64,000 bases of DNA from Gammaproteobacteria bacterium (GCA_965222615.1 CBDCUI010000008.1:64001-128000), one strand, 5' to 3'; shown: positions 9,411 through 21,035, counted from the first letter of the stretch. Translations and numbers: made by a program. The notes: a model not told the origin generated them from the letters alone.

Positions 9411-10478
9411 ATGAATGTTAGAGAAATTCGCATAAATCCCATTGTTCCTACGGAATCGGTATTGGTTTCTACGGCTAGGGGTCTGCGCCCACGTAAAGAA
9501 GAAAAGCCACCGCCAAAAAGCACACAATCAAAAGTTGATTCCTGTCCATTTTGTAAAGGCAATGAAGAGCAAACGCCTCCTACTCTAAGTAGCTGGCCTG
9601 ATGACAATGAATGGACAATTCGAATCGTAGAGAATTTATTTCCAGTGCTAAGCGATCGACAAATATCAAAAAACCTAAGCTTTGGACTGCAACATGTAAT
9701 CGATGGTTATGGTCGCCATGAAGTTGTAATTGATCATGATAATCATTCCATACATGTAGATGAAATGTCGCAGCAACACTTGTACGCACTTTTCAAAATG
9801 TATCGTGATCGTATGCTAATACTGTATGAAAGTGATTCTCGTATTAAATATGTATTGGTATTTAAAAATTTCGGTCCTGCTGCAGGTGCCAGTATCGCAC
9901 ATACCCATAGCCAAATTGTAGCAATGCCAGTAGTACCAGAAAATGTGGCAAATGAATTGCATTATTCATATGCTCATTTTCAAAAATTTAATCAAAATAT
10001 ATTTTCGCATTTAGTAGATGAGGCATTGACTTTTGAAGCGACGATTTATGACCGTGAATCAGGCGAAATACGACGAAAAATTAGTGTTGGACAATATGTA
10101 ATAGAAAAAAATAATCGCTTTATCGCAATTAAACCTTTTGCTAGTCGTTTTGAATGGGAGGTACAAATTTTCCCATTATTTCCTCAAGCAGATTATTTGC
10201 ATTGTAATGATGAAGAACTAGAAGATTTTGCATTAATACTAAAACGCACTATGCAACGCTTGAATAAGGTTATCGGTGGTGCACAATACAATTATTTTTT
10301 ACATTCCATTCCTCACGGTGATGAATTTAAAAAGCATTATAATAGTTATCAATGGCATCTGGAAATTTGCCCTCGTACTAGTATACCAACGGGATTTGAG
10401 TTGGGCTCAGGTTTGTTTGTAAGCACGGTTAGTCCAGAAGAAGCTGCAAAACAATTAAGAGAAACAAAAATTGATTGA
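9411..10478 (+). CDS. galT: Galactose-1-phosphate uridylyltransferase-like (GalT family)
   Basis: CPFCKGNE, GRHEVVI, FKNFGPAAGASIAHTHSQ and TGFELGSG motifs. Confidence 0.8.
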   Translation: MNVREIRINPIVPTESVLVSTARGLRPRKEEKPPPKSTQSKVDSCPFCKGNEEQTPPTLSSWPDDNEWTIRIVENLFPVLSDRQISKNLSFGLQHVIDGYGRHEVVIDHDNHSIHVDEMSQQHLYALFKMYRDRMLILYESDSRIKYVLVFKNFGPAAGASIAHTHSQIVAMPVVPENVANELHYSYAHFQKFNQNIFSHLVDEALTFEATIYDRESGEIRRKISVGQYVIEKNNRFIAIKPFASRFEWEVQIFPLFPQADYLHCNDEELEDFALILKRTMQRLNKVIGGAQYNYFLHSIPHGDEFKKHYNSYQWHLEICPRTSIPTGFELGSGLFVSTVSPEEAAKQLRETKID

Positions 10479-10602
10479 CTTGTAATTAATCATGCCTAAA
10501 ACAGCCATGGATGGCTGTTTCCCCTGCCGTTGTTTCCGATGTTGCTCACCAAGTTGGATGAGATTTAGAGAGAGGTGCTATATTGTTATTTTGGTATTTA
10601 CT

Positions 10603-11124
10603 ATGAATCAAAATTCACAGCAACGAACTAAACGCATTGGCAAAGGTATGATATTTGCTGCGTGGATTTTGATATTTGGCTTACTTGTATGGTTTTTTGG
10701 GGTTCTAGAAACTAATAAACGTAATCCGAATCAGAACGTACAAACTCATGTGCTGACAACAGGAGAAAAAGAAGTAGTCTTGCAAAGTAGTTCACATGGT
10801 CATTATGTTGCGACAGGGAAAATCAATAATGAAAAGGTTACTTTTTTGGTTGATACAGGCGCTAGTTATGTCTCTGTTCCAGAACGTGTTGCAAATAGGA
10901 TAGGTTTAAAGAAAGGTGCGCCTTTATTAGTCTCTACTGCCAATGGTAATGTCACTGTGTATGCTACAAATCTAGATGCCGTCAGTATCGGTGATATCGT
11001 ACTGCGAGACATTAAGGCCGATATCAACCCGCATATGGATGGAAGTGAAATCTTATTAGGGATGTCCTTTTTAAGATATTTATCAGTCACTCACCAGGGT
11101 GATCAGCTAACGATACGCCAATAA
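10603..11124 (+). CDS. Clan AA aspartic protease (TIGR02281-type)
   Basis: FLVDTGAS and LLGMSFL motifs with an N-terminal TM. Start placed at MNQNS. Confidence 0.85.
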   Translation: MNQNSQQRTKRIGKGMIFAAWILIFGLLVWFFGVLETNKRNPNQNVQTHVLTTGEKEVVLQSSSHGHYVATGKINNEKVTFLVDTGASYVSVPERVANRIGLKKGAPLLVSTANGNVTVYATNLDAVSIGDIVLRDIKADINPHMDGSEILLGMSFLRYLSVTHQGDQLTIRQ

Positions 11125-11136
11125 ATGACCTGAGGA

Positions 11137-12399
11137 TTAAACTTTGAATTCTGTATTCAATATTTTAGGTACTTGAATATTCTTTAGTTGAATGTATCTC
11201 GGTAAACCTTCTTTGTAAGGAGGATAGGCTTCACCTTTTATTAAAGGTGCAAGGTATGTTCGACAGCGGGTTGTAATGCTTAAACCATCTTTGCTGATGT
11301 AGCTGCGTGGCATCATTTTTTCTACATTGGCGACTTTAGCTAAAGTCGTGCTGCCAATTTTCCATCGATAGGGTTTGTTTGAAGTTCTAACGATAGTTGG
11401 CATCACTGCAGTCTTCCCTTGCAATGCAAATTGCACCGCCGCTTTACCCATCGCATAGGCATGGTCCACGTCGGTTTTAGAGGCAATGTGCCTAGCAGCA
11501 CGTTGTAAATAGTCCGCTACGGCCCAGTGATATTTATACCCATGTTCTTGTTTCACCATATTGGCAATCACCGGTGCGACTCCGCCTAACTGTTTATGCC
11601 CAAATGCGTCAGTGCTTCCTGCATCAGCAAGAAAAGTTCCATCTGCATAACGCGCACCTTCAGATACACAAATTACGCAATATTGATATTTTTCTACACA
11701 TTCCTTAACGCGTTGTAAAAATTGTTTTTGTTCAAAAGGAATTTCCGGAAATAAAATAATATGTGGCGCATCACCTTCGTTTTCTTTTGCAAGTCCGCTG
11801 GCAGCAGCAATCCAACCGGCATGACGGCCCATGACCTCCATTACAAATACCTTGGTCGAAGTTTCGGCCATCGATCTCACATCAAAAGCGGCCTCTTTAA
11901 TGGATACCGCAACATATTTGGCAACGGAACCAAAACCTGGGCAGTTATCCGTTATAGGTAAATCATTATCAACCGTTTTAGGAATACCGATACATTGAAT
12001 CGGATAGCCCATTTTTTTGCTCAGCTGTGAGACTTTAAGTGAAGTATCTTGGGAGTCGCCACCCCCGTTGTAAAAAAAATAACCAATGTTATGAGCTTGG
12101 AAAACTTCAATGAGTCTCTCGTATTGTGCGCGGTTTTCTTCAATACTCTTTAGTTTGTAACGGCAAGAACCGAATGCACCGGAAGGGGTATGTTTCAATG
12201 CAGCAATTGCACTTGCTGATTCTTTCGAAGTGTCAATCAAGTCTTCTGTTAAGGCTCCTATAATGCCATTACGACCGGCATATACTTTGCCAATCCTGTT
12301 TTTGTGTTTACGGGCAGTTTCGATTACTCCACATGCAGTGGCATTGATGACGGCCGTTACTCCACCAGATTGAGCGTAAAATGCGTTGCGTTTTTCCAT
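11137..12399 (-). CDS. pfp: 6-phosphofructokinase, probably pyrophosphate-dependent
   Basis: QSGG, GGGDS and PKTVDND (Asp and Lys typical of PPi-PFK), plus EVMGR. Confidence 0.85.
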   Translation of the reverse strand: MEKRNAFYAQSGGVTAVINATACGVIETARKHKNRIGKVYAGRNGIIGALTEDLIDTSKESASAIAALKHTPSGAFGSCRYKLKSIEENRAQYERLIEVFQAHNIGYFFYNGGGDSQDTSLKVSQLSKKMGYPIQCIGIPKTVDNDLPITDNCPGFGSVAKYVAVSIKEAAFDVRSMAETSTKVFVMEVMGRHAGWIAAASGLAKENEGDAPHIILFPEIPFEQKQFLQRVKECVEKYQYCVICVSEGARYADGTFLADAGSTDAFGHKQLGGVAPVIANMVKQEHGYKYHWAVADYLQRAARHIASKTDVDHAYAMGKAAVQFALQGKTAVMPTIVRTSNKPYRWKIGSTTLAKVANVEKMMPRSYISKDGLSITTRCRTYLAPLIKGEAYPPYKEGLPRYIQLKNIQVPKILNTEFKV

Positions 12400-12763
12400 A
12401 ATTTTGAATTCTATAAGTTAATTATTATGTATTTATAAAGAAAATTATATTTATACTTATTTAGCCACTTTTGATAATTATAAAGGTATATTCATTTACG
12501 AGCCAAAACAATGTCGAGTATTCAGCGAATTCAAAGCTTTTAGAGTCCAGCGATACTTTTGCATTCACTAATTAAATTTCAATATTATCTTTTCCTCAGT
12601 GGTTATAATTGCCTCGGTACTTTATTCTTATGTTAGTGTAATAGGATATCTGGTTCAGGCATATTCATTTATATGCCTATTCGAATTTTTATTCAATGCT
12701 AGCTAATTAGAGTAGTAGGCAATGCGTTGATTCTGGTGTACATATTAGTTAAAGAAGCTTTGA

Positions 12764-13465
<702 letters not shown>

Positions 13466-13473
13466 TTTTTCAG

Positions 13474-13830
13474 TTGGAAATTTGGCTAGCATTATTCTCA
13501 ATCATTGTTGCAGTTTGGTATTGGCAAGATAGTCTTCGTGCTCGAGAGATTACCCTGAAACACTGCCGACGCTTTTGTGCCGAGCAGAATGTGCAGTTTT
13601 TAGATCAGTCTGTATATGTAGCAAGGTTTTGCCTAGGCAGAGCAGCAAATCGAAAGTTATGTATTCGTAGATTTTATGCATTTGAGTTCAGCGTAGGTGG
13701 TACGGATCGGTATAACGGGGTTGCCGTTGTTGCAGATGGAAAACTTGAGTATCTATCTTTGTTGCATCCAAATGGTGAAATTATTGAAGGAAGATTAACT
13801 GAACAAACTAAACAGAATAACTATCATTAA
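13474..13830 (+). CDS. DUF3301-like membrane protein
   Basis: N-terminal TM, RARE..C..QNVQFLDQSV and RRFYAFEFS. Confidence 0.7.
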   Translation: MEIWLALFSIIVAVWYWQDSLRAREITLKHCRRFCAEQNVQFLDQSVYVARFCLGRAANRKLCIRRFYAFEFSVGGTDRYNGVAVVADGKLEYLSLLHPNGEIIEGRLTEQTKQNNYH

Positions 13831-13912
13831 ATTTCGCGCTATCGACTTACCTAAGCAAGCTAGTCTAGGTTTTTAAATAAATCTAGAATAAGTAAAGATT
13901 TGTTTCAAATAG

Positions 13913-14698
13913 CTATCTCAGCCAACCGATTTCTTTAGCAGTTTTATTACCTACTACGCATTTTTTTAAACTTTTTGCCATTTTAAATTGTGTAGTAGAC
14001 AAGGCAACGGTACCAGCCATAATCTCAGCGCGTCTTTGCGGGTAGATTGGATCACGGTTTGGTTCCGCCAGTCCATCAGGAGGTATGGGATTGCCAGTTA
14101 TGTCATATTTATCAGTAGCTCCTACTGTATGTAGCAGCTCATGGGCAATAACGACGTTATTTTGTTTGCTTTGATCATCGCTAGCGAAGGCATGTACGAT
14201 TCCTAGCAGACCTTTTTGTAATCCAAGCGAATGTTCGAGTTTTTTATTATTTTTTGTTTCATGATAAAGCACAAAAATGCGCACGCGATGTTTATTCGAT
14301 TTGTTGTCCGGTGTATTTTGCATTGTCCACCAGCGTAATTTCAGGCTCCATAAAGCAATTTTAATAGGATTTGCATCTGGTGTTGGTGGTTTGGGTGGAA
14401 GGGTATGCACTGTTTCGCCTAGATTAGTAATTGTCGGAATAGAGGTGACCACATCATCAAATTTGTTGCTTTCGCGTTTCATAAATGTATCTATGGCAGC
14501 AAAATCTTTTTCTGACAACTCATCAATATAACGATCTATCTCAACAGTACCCTCTGCATTGATAGGATAAATAACTATATCTAATGGCTTATACCAACCT
14601 TGTGTAACCAAGCGTTGATCTTTGCTATAAAGTGCTACGGAACACAGAATAAATATTAGAATTAGGATGCGAAGGTTTTTAAATGTAAATATACGCAT
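13913..14698 (-). CDS. Membrane-anchored putative zinc metallopeptidase
   Basis: AHELLHTVGATDKY (HExxH) and AEIMAG. Confidence 0.6.
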   Translation of the reverse strand: MRIFTFKNLRILILIFILCSVALYSKDQRLVTQGWYKPLDIVIYPINAEGTVEIDRYIDELSEKDFAAIDTFMKRESNKFDDVVTSIPTITNLGETVHTLPPKPPTPDANPIKIALWSLKLRWWTMQNTPDNKSNKHRVRIFVLYHETKNNKKLEHSLGLQKGLLGIVHAFASDDQSKQNNVVIAHELLHTVGATDKYDITGNPIPPDGLAEPNRDPIYPQRRAEIMAGTVALSTTQFKMAKSLKKCVVGNKTAKEIGWLR

Positions 14699-14791
14699 TA
14701 TGCAAGCATAAGGTGTATTAAATTATTCTCAATCGATCGTTGATTAACGGTTACAACACTATGCTAACTGGCAAAATGGTTATACATACAT

Positions 14792-15847
14792 ATGGCATAT
14801 AAAGTACAACTACAATCTAAAGAGTTTTCCTTTTGTGTTGAGTCGCATGAATCAATTTTAGACGCAGCAATTCGTGCAGGCATACCAATAAGCTATGGTT
14901 GTAGCAATGGCTTGTGTGGTTTGTGCAAAGCAAAGGTTATTGATGGTGATGTGGAATTGTTACGCCAGCATGATTTTGTAATTCGTGAAGCGGAAAAGTT
15001 TCAAGGTTACGCCTTGATGTGTTCGACGACATGCCAAAGTGATGTCGTGATAGATGCTGATGTAGCGGTAAATGCATCTGACATTCCGGTACAGAATTTG
15101 CGTGTAAAAATCCGTAAGATCAATAGAATTAGTGAAGATCTTGCCATTGTTACGACTCAAGTGCCACGCAGTATGCGACTTAGATTTATCGCAGGACAAT
15201 ATATGCGTGTTGGTGATGCACAAAAGCAATCTCATGATTATGCAATTGCAAGTTGTCCATGTGACGAAAAAAGGCTTGAGTTTCATGTTCGAAAGTCGGC
15301 TGGAGACGCCTTTTCCAATTCTATTTTTGAAAATCTAAGTGTTGGTGATTGGTTAGATATTCAAGGCCCGTTTGGTGATTTTGTTGTAAATGAACAGCAA
15401 GATACCCCTTTAGTGATGATTGCCTTTGATACAGGTTTTGCGGCGATCAAAAGTTTGCTTGAACATATAACAGCGCAAGACAACGAAAGAAATATCTATT
15501 TGTTTTGGTTAGCTTGTGGGGCTGAGGGTTTATATTTAGATAATCTGTGTCGTTCTTGGGCAGATGCTTTAGATCAATTAGAGTATTTTCCGATACACTT
15601 ATCAAAAGCGGCGAATGAAATTTTAGATAGTCAATATGAAGGTATGAGTATTATCGAAGAACGTTTAACCAGCGCACTACAATCTATTGATCACCTCAAA
15701 GATGCTGACATATATAATGTGTCACCAGAGCCCGTAGCGAAATTAGTGCAGCAGTTATTAATACAAAAGGGATTTAAGGAGCATCAGTTTCACCATGAGA
15801 TTATCCGTGGCAATCCAAATTTAAAATGTATACACACTTCTGCTTGA
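14792..15847 (+). CDS. 2Fe-2S ferredoxin / FAD-NAD(P) oxidoreductase
   Basis: YGCSNGLCGLC..C plant-type ferredoxin followed by an FNR-like domain (AGQY, LEFHV, GPFG). Confidence 0.85.
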   Translation: MAYKVQLQSKEFSFCVESHESILDAAIRAGIPISYGCSNGLCGLCKAKVIDGDVELLRQHDFVIREAEKFQGYALMCSTTCQSDVVIDADVAVNASDIPVQNLRVKIRKINRISEDLAIVTTQVPRSMRLRFIAGQYMRVGDAQKQSHDYAIASCPCDEKRLEFHVRKSAGDAFSNSIFENLSVGDWLDIQGPFGDFVVNEQQDTPLVMIAFDTGFAAIKSLLEHITAQDNERNIYLFWLACGAEGLYLDNLCRSWADALDQLEYFPIHLSKAANEILDSQYEGMSIIEERLTSALQSIDHLKDADIYNVSPEPVAKLVQQLLIQKGFKEHQFHHEIIRGNPNLKCIHTSA

Positions 15848-15850
15848 ATC

Positions 15851-16267
15851 ATGATGGATTACAAATGTAGTTTTGCAGCGACTTTAATCAAAAATAATTT
15901 TGCATGTGAAAAAGCTAAAATGGTCACTCGACGTGCTGGTCCTGACATCGCCTGTTCTTCTGAAGATGCTAGTAAGCATTGCAATAACTTATTGTCTGCA
16001 TTTAAAAAAGTGGGACTGCCGGCATTTGATGCCGAAGATGATTTATTAAAAACCCCACAAAGTATTTTCACCAAAATCCAATTTGGTGGTTTATTAGGGT
16101 TAGAAAGAGAGCTTGGGAATAATACAGAGATTGATCATGTGAATAATATTTTCTGCTTAGTAAATCATTCGCTGGAACATTTTGGGTCAGTGGAATCTAT
16201 ACCACATGAAAATTATATTAAGCACATGCTGGATTTTAAAATTCCACGTAAAACAAAAACAAAATAA
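15851..16267 (+). CDS. Cys-containing hypothetical protein
   Basis: Starts 3 bp after the reductase; four N-terminal cysteines. Confidence 0.6.
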   Translation: MMDYKCSFAATLIKNNFACEKAKMVTRRAGPDIACSSEDASKHCNNLLSAFKKVGLPAFDAEDDLLKTPQSIFTKIQFGGLLGLERELGNNTEIDHVNNIFCLVNHSLEHFGSVESIPHENYIKHMLDFKIPRKTKTK

Positions 16268-16289
16268 ATATAAGCTGTTGGAGAAAAAA

Positions 16290-17141
16290 ATGAATTATCA
16301 AACAATAATTTCTGTAGATGACTTGAATAAAAATTTAAGCAATGAAAACTGGTTTATTTTTGATTGTAGGTTTTTGCTAAAAGATCCAAAAGGTGGGGTT
16401 GATAAATTTAATCAAGGCCATATTCCAGGCGCGCAATTTGCAGATATGGATCAAGATTTATCATCACCAATGACACAATCATCAGGGCGTCACCCATTGC
16501 CGGATCCAAATGAATTTATAAATAAGTTGCGTGCTTGGGGGGTAAGCAATAATTCTCAAATTATTTGTTATGACGGTATCTCAGGTGCCTTTGCTGCACG
16601 CATGTGGTGGTTATTACGTTGGCTAGGTCATCAAGATGTTGCCGTATTAGATGGGGGCGTTGAAAAATGGAGCGAAAAAGGACTGCCTTTAGAAACAGAA
16701 GTTCAAACAAGAACTACAGGAGCATTTGTTGGAGAAGCTAAGAATTCAATGTGGGTAGATATTGATTTCGTGCGGCAGCAACTTAAACAAGAAAAAATAA
16801 GTCTGCTCGATGCACGTTCAGCAGAAAGATTTACTGCTCAAGACCAGAAAACGGACCCTGTCCCTGGACATGTTCCAGGCGCAGTGAATTATCCGTTTGC
16901 GGGGAACCTAAATTCACAAGGCTTATTTCTACCACCAAATAAATTGAATGAACGCTTTGCATCAGTATTTGCTGACAATCAACAAGATCAAATTATTAAT
17001 ATGTGTGGCTCAGGGGTAACCGCGTGTCATAATTTATTGGCGATGAGTATTGCCGGTCTACCAATGACACGGTTATATGTGGGATCTTGGAGCGAATGGA
17101 TCAAAGATTCGAGTCGGGCGATAGCTACCGGAGAGGTATGA
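16290..17141 (+). CDS. Two-domain sulfurtransferase (3-mercaptopyruvate/rhodanese, SseA-like)
   Basis: GHIPGA, GRHPLP, CGSGVTAC and YVGSWSEW. Start follows a GGAG SD. Confidence 0.9.
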   Translation: MNYQTIISVDDLNKNLSNENWFIFDCRFLLKDPKGGVDKFNQGHIPGAQFADMDQDLSSPMTQSSGRHPLPDPNEFINKLRAWGVSNNSQIICYDGISGAFAARMWWLLRWLGHQDVAVLDGGVEKWSEKGLPLETEVQTRTTGAFVGEAKNSMWVDIDFVRQQLKQEKISLLDARSAERFTAQDQKTDPVPGHVPGAVNYPFAGNLNSQGLFLPPNKLNERFASVFADNQQDQIINMCGSGVTACHNLLAMSIAGLPMTRLYVGSWSEWIKDSSRAIATGEV

Positions 17142-17234
17142 TTTATCCAAATATCTCTTTGAAATTCATCAAATTTTGCAGTTTAATCTCCTCGTTTAGC
17201 CCTTCTATATGCTCGTTTATAGAGCCAGTTCACA

Positions 17235-19439
17235 ATGCTCATTAATATTAGCCAGGAACATTACGTTTCGTACGGTTCTCCGTATCGATATGAAGGTAAC
17301 GTACTCAAGGCTAATAGAATTAATCAGGTCAATCTAAAAAATGTATCTGCCTTACCGGCAGACAATACCAGCTACTCTGCGCCTATACATTTAGATGCAA
17401 TGTCGCTGCCTTTCCCTGTGGCGATCCTGCGTGCTAACGATGGGCATGTATTGTATGCCAACACCATGATGGCGGCGTTACTTCAATCAAAAGTAGATGA
17501 TCTTTTAGGCAAAGCTATTCCAGGACTGTTTGATACGGGTAAACATCGTAGTCTAGTTTTCAAGCAGCTGAAACGACGCACTATCATCCCTCCGAGTACA
17601 GTAACTTTAACAAGTGCAGAAAATAAACCCATCAAGGTTTCTGCATCGTTATCACTTACGCGATTTGATAATAACCTTTGTATTTTAGTCACGCTTCAAG
17701 ATATACCACGTAGTCCACCTAATCTAAAGCGGCTGAACATTGTTATGCAGCGTTATAACATGGCATTACAAGCGGCAAAAGTGGGTATATGGAGTTGGGA
17801 CTTAATGACCGACCGTATAGTGTGGGACGACACCATGCATGAATTGTTTGGTATTGAACCTGGAACTTATTCAGGTAAAAAAAGAGATTTTCTTGAATTT
17901 ATGGTTCCTGAAGATCGTAAAGAACAAATTGATATTGGTAATAAGCTTTATAAAGAAGGTGGAAAATTTGATACCAAATTTAGAATTGTGCGACCAGATG
18001 GAGAAACAAGAGTACTTATCAATCGTGGTGAAGCTTTTAAAAATTCACAAGGCTATGTGTTTAGCACCGTAGGAGCTTGTTGGGATGTAACGGAAAATTT
18101 TGCGTTGAATGCAAAGATCGAGCATCAAGCACAATATGATCCTTTAACCGGGTTGTTAAATCGGCATGAAATGCAACGTAAAATTGAGCAGCTATTAGAA
18201 AATATAAGAAAAGAACCTTCTGACAATACATTTTGTTATTTCGATATAGATCGGTTTAAAGTAGTTAATGATACCTGCGGACATCAAGCGGGTGACACCT
18301 TGTTGAGTAAAATTGCTGAACATCTGCGTTCATACGTTAAAAAATCTGATTATTTTGCACGTGTAGGTGGAGATGAGTTTGCCATTGTTATTACCAATTC
18401 TACAAATAAGGAAGCAAGAAAGGTTGCTGACACAATTCACAAGGCAGCCAAGGACTTTCATTTTGAATGGAATGGTAAAGTATTTGACACGAGTGTGAGT
18501 ATGGCACTTGTTCCTATCACAGCAGATAAGACGCTGGGCCAAATCCTCGGATCTGCTGATGTAGCCTTGTCTGCAGCAAAAGATTCTGGTCGAGATCGTA
18601 TTCACGAATATCGTCCACACGACTCAACCGTGATCCGACGTCATGATGAAATGCAATGGGTTATGGAGTTAGAAGATGCCTTGCGCAATGATCGATTTCA
18701 ACTCAATTTTCAGCCCATACAACCACTGCATAGTGATGAAAAGGAAGGACATCATTATGAAGTATTGTTGCGTGTTATCAATGTTAGTGGTGATGTTATA
18801 GCTCCAAGTGAACTGTTAAAGGCAGCTGAACAATTTGATATGGCGACTCGCGTAGATAAATGGGTTATTAATGCGATGTTCGATTGGCTTAAAAAAAATC
18901 CAGACCACTGTAAAGAATTAAGTCTATGCTCCATTAATCTTTCCGGAGCTTCCATTGGTGATCAGGAGTTTCTAACGTTCCTTGAAGAAAAATTAAACGA
19001 TGACGATATCCCGAGTAAGAAAATAAGTTTTGAAGTAACAGAAAATGCGGCAATTAAAAATATTAATAAGGCTGCAGATTTTATCAGAAAGATTAAAGAA
19101 TTCGGCTGCAGATTTGCCTTAGATGATTTTGGCAGTGGTCTTTCTTCGTTTGCTTACCTTAAAGATCTGCCAGTAGACATTCTAAAAATCGATGGCATGT
19201 TTGTTAAAGGTATCAATACCGAGCCAGTTAACTACGCCATGGTTAAAGCCATTCATGATGTTGGAAAAATAATGAAAATGAAGACCATAGCTGAGTACGT
19301 TGAAAATGAAAAAGTGCTAGATAAATTAAATGAAATAGGCGTTGACTATGGACAGGGCTATTACTTTGGAGAGTCTAAAAAATTAGATAAGATTATTGTT
19401 GTTGAATCTGAAATTGCCGAGCCAGACGATACGCTGTAA
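17235..19439 (+). CDS. PAS-PAS-GGDEF-EAL c-di-GMP enzyme
   Basis: PAS (GIWSWDL), ARVGGDEF, YEVLLR and DDFGSG. Confidence 0.9.
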   Translation: MLINISQEHYVSYGSPYRYEGNVLKANRINQVNLKNVSALPADNTSYSAPIHLDAMSLPFPVAILRANDGHVLYANTMMAALLQSKVDDLLGKAIPGLFDTGKHRSLVFKQLKRRTIIPPSTVTLTSAENKPIKVSASLSLTRFDNNLCILVTLQDIPRSPPNLKRLNIVMQRYNMALQAAKVGIWSWDLMTDRIVWDDTMHELFGIEPGTYSGKKRDFLEFMVPEDRKEQIDIGNKLYKEGGKFDTKFRIVRPDGETRVLINRGEAFKNSQGYVFSTVGACWDVTENFALNAKIEHQAQYDPLTGLLNRHEMQRKIEQLLENIRKEPSDNTFCYFDIDRFKVVNDTCGHQAGDTLLSKIAEHLRSYVKKSDYFARVGGDEFAIVITNSTNKEARKVADTIHKAAKDFHFEWNGKVFDTSVSMALVPITADKTLGQILGSADVALSAAKDSGRDRIHEYRPHDSTVIRRHDEMQWVMELEDALRNDRFQLNFQPIQPLHSDEKEGHHYEVLLRVINVSGDVIAPSELLKAAEQFDMATRVDKWVINAMFDWLKKNPDHCKELSLCSINLSGASIGDQEFLTFLEEKLNDDDIPSKKISFEVTENAAIKNINKAADFIRKIKEFGCRFALDDFGSGLSSFAYLKDLPVDILKIDGMFVKGINTEPVNYAMVKAIHDVGKIMKMKTIAEYVENEKVLDKLNEIGVDYGQGYYFGESKKLDKIIVVESEIAEPDDTL

Positions 19440-19575
19440 TTACATTTGTTAAAGTTTCACTTTTTTCTACGTACAATCAAAGTTCTGAACTTTTAGTTCA
19501 CTATAACTCTCTAAGTTTTACCACAAACATCGTATTCTGTTAAGCTGGTAAAAAATTTGCTGCGAGGTATTTTCT

Positions 19576-20142
19576 TTGAAATTTTGTAGCAGCTGTGGTT
19601 CTGCTGAAATACTGTTAACCATTCCCGATGGTGATAATCGCCCACGCTTTGTTTGTCAAAGCTGTGATGAGATTTTTTATCATAACCCAAAAATTGTTGC
19701 AGGCTGCATTGCCGAGTGGCAAGGCAAGATACTAATGTGTAAACGTGCAATTGAGCCTCGCTATGGGAAGTGGACACTCCCAGCAGGGTTTATGGAAAAC
19801 GAAGAAACCATGCATGATGCCGCAGCGCGCGAAACACACGAAGAAGCAACTGCTGAGGTTTCCAGTTTAACTTTGTACACTATGTATAACTTGCCCCATA
19901 TTAATCAGGTATATGCAATCTTTAAAGGCGAGTTGGTAAATGGCCGAGCAAGTCCTGGAGACGAAAGTTTGGAAGTTGCACTAATGGGAGAAAAAGACAT
20001 CCCTTGGCAAGAAATAGCTTTTCCAGTGATTAAAGAAAGCCTGGAATTATATTTTAAAGATAAACGTAACAATTGTTTTAGTTTGCACTATGGTGATATG
20101 TGTCGGCTACCTGATCGTACATTTAAAATTAAACGTTATTAA
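19576..20142 (+). CDS. NUDIX hydrolase with N-terminal zinc ribbon
   Basis: CSSC...CQSC and Nudix box GFMENEETMHDAAARETHEE. Confidence 0.9.
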   Translation: MKFCSSCGSAEILLTIPDGDNRPRFVCQSCDEIFYHNPKIVAGCIAEWQGKILMCKRAIEPRYGKWTLPAGFMENEETMHDAAARETHEEATAEVSSLTLYTMYNLPHINQVYAIFKGELVNGRASPGDESLEVALMGEKDIPWQEIAFPVIKESLELYFKDKRNNCFSLHYGDMCRLPDRTFKIKRY

Positions 20143-20243
20143 AAATCCATCACATAGTACACTAAGTTTGTGCATTGTCTGAGCCAACTATCTGCTATTC
20201 TGTAATAGGTTTTAATAATATTTTCAAGAGTTAATTGATATAA

Positions 20244-20630
20244 ATGGCCAATGAAAAATCTCTGCTTTCTATTATTGAGCTTGGGGGATATCCAGATTTT
20301 GGACAAGTGTATAAACGCTATGGATATGAGAGGAGTGTTGTCTATAGCATGCGCAAGGCATTAACACTGTTAAAGAAAATAAGTCCAAAGGTTATTGTTG
20401 CAGAATTTAATTATCAATCTGATTTTCGTGATCGTACCAGTAGTCTCGAATCGTTAATTGCTGTAGCGCAGCAAAATCCTGATGTAAAGTTAATAATCTT
20501 TTACGAAAAAGAATATTTACACCAATTAGAAAAATTAACTGCTCGCTACAACTTTTTTGCAACGTTTGCTTACCCAATTGAAGAACAAATGATAGTCGAT
20601 GCACTTACTCGCTTAGAAATGGCCTCGTAA
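20244..20630 (+). CDS. Hypothetical protein with receiver-like fold
   Basis: Alpha/beta pattern like a REC domain, with Glu (IVAEF) where the phospho-Asp would be. Confidence 0.5.
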   Translation: MANEKSLLSIIELGGYPDFGQVYKRYGYERSVVYSMRKALTLLKKISPKVIVAEFNYQSDFRDRTSSLESLIAVAQQNPDVKLIIFYEKEYLHQLEKLTARYNFFATFAYPIEEQMIVDALTRLEMAS

Positions 20631-20664
20631 ACCTAATTTTGTATCAGAATAAAATTAGAGCTTC

Positions 20665-20982
20665 TTAACTTGATTTTGAACCGCCAAGGCATGGCGGTGA
20701 TTTACGTATTCCACCTTCTTTATCCTGCCATTCCGAAGGTGTTAGCGTATGTAATGAAAGTGCATGGATAGGCCCTTCTAGCTCGTCTCTCAACAATGAA
20801 TTGAGTATACGATGTCGAGCAACAAGCATTTTTCCATCAAATGCCGAACTTACCACGGTAACTTTAAAATGTGACTCAGAACCTGGTGGCACATTATGCA
20901 TATGACTTTCATTTGCAACCTCAAGAAAATCAGGTTGCAAAGCATCGTTGATCTTTTTTTCTATACTGGCTTGAATTGTCAT
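20665..20982 (-). CDS. bolA: BolA family protein
   Basis: NESHMHNVPPGSESHFKV, IHALSLH and SPPCLGG. Confidence 0.92.
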   Translation of the reverse strand: MTIQASIEKKINDALQPDFLEVANESHMHNVPPGSESHFKVTVVSSAFDGKMLVARHRILNSLLRDELEGPIHALSLHTLTPSEWQDKEGGIRKSPPCLGGSKSS

Positions 20983-21035
20983 AACAGTTTTATAGCAATA
21001 ACGACCTGTATTCTAAATATCTACCTTGAAGTAAT

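Noticed and set aside
10492-10602. Cys-rich N-terminal extension of the aspartic protease ORF
   Set aside because: The family architecture starts at MNQNS before the TM, so the extension is probably non-coding.
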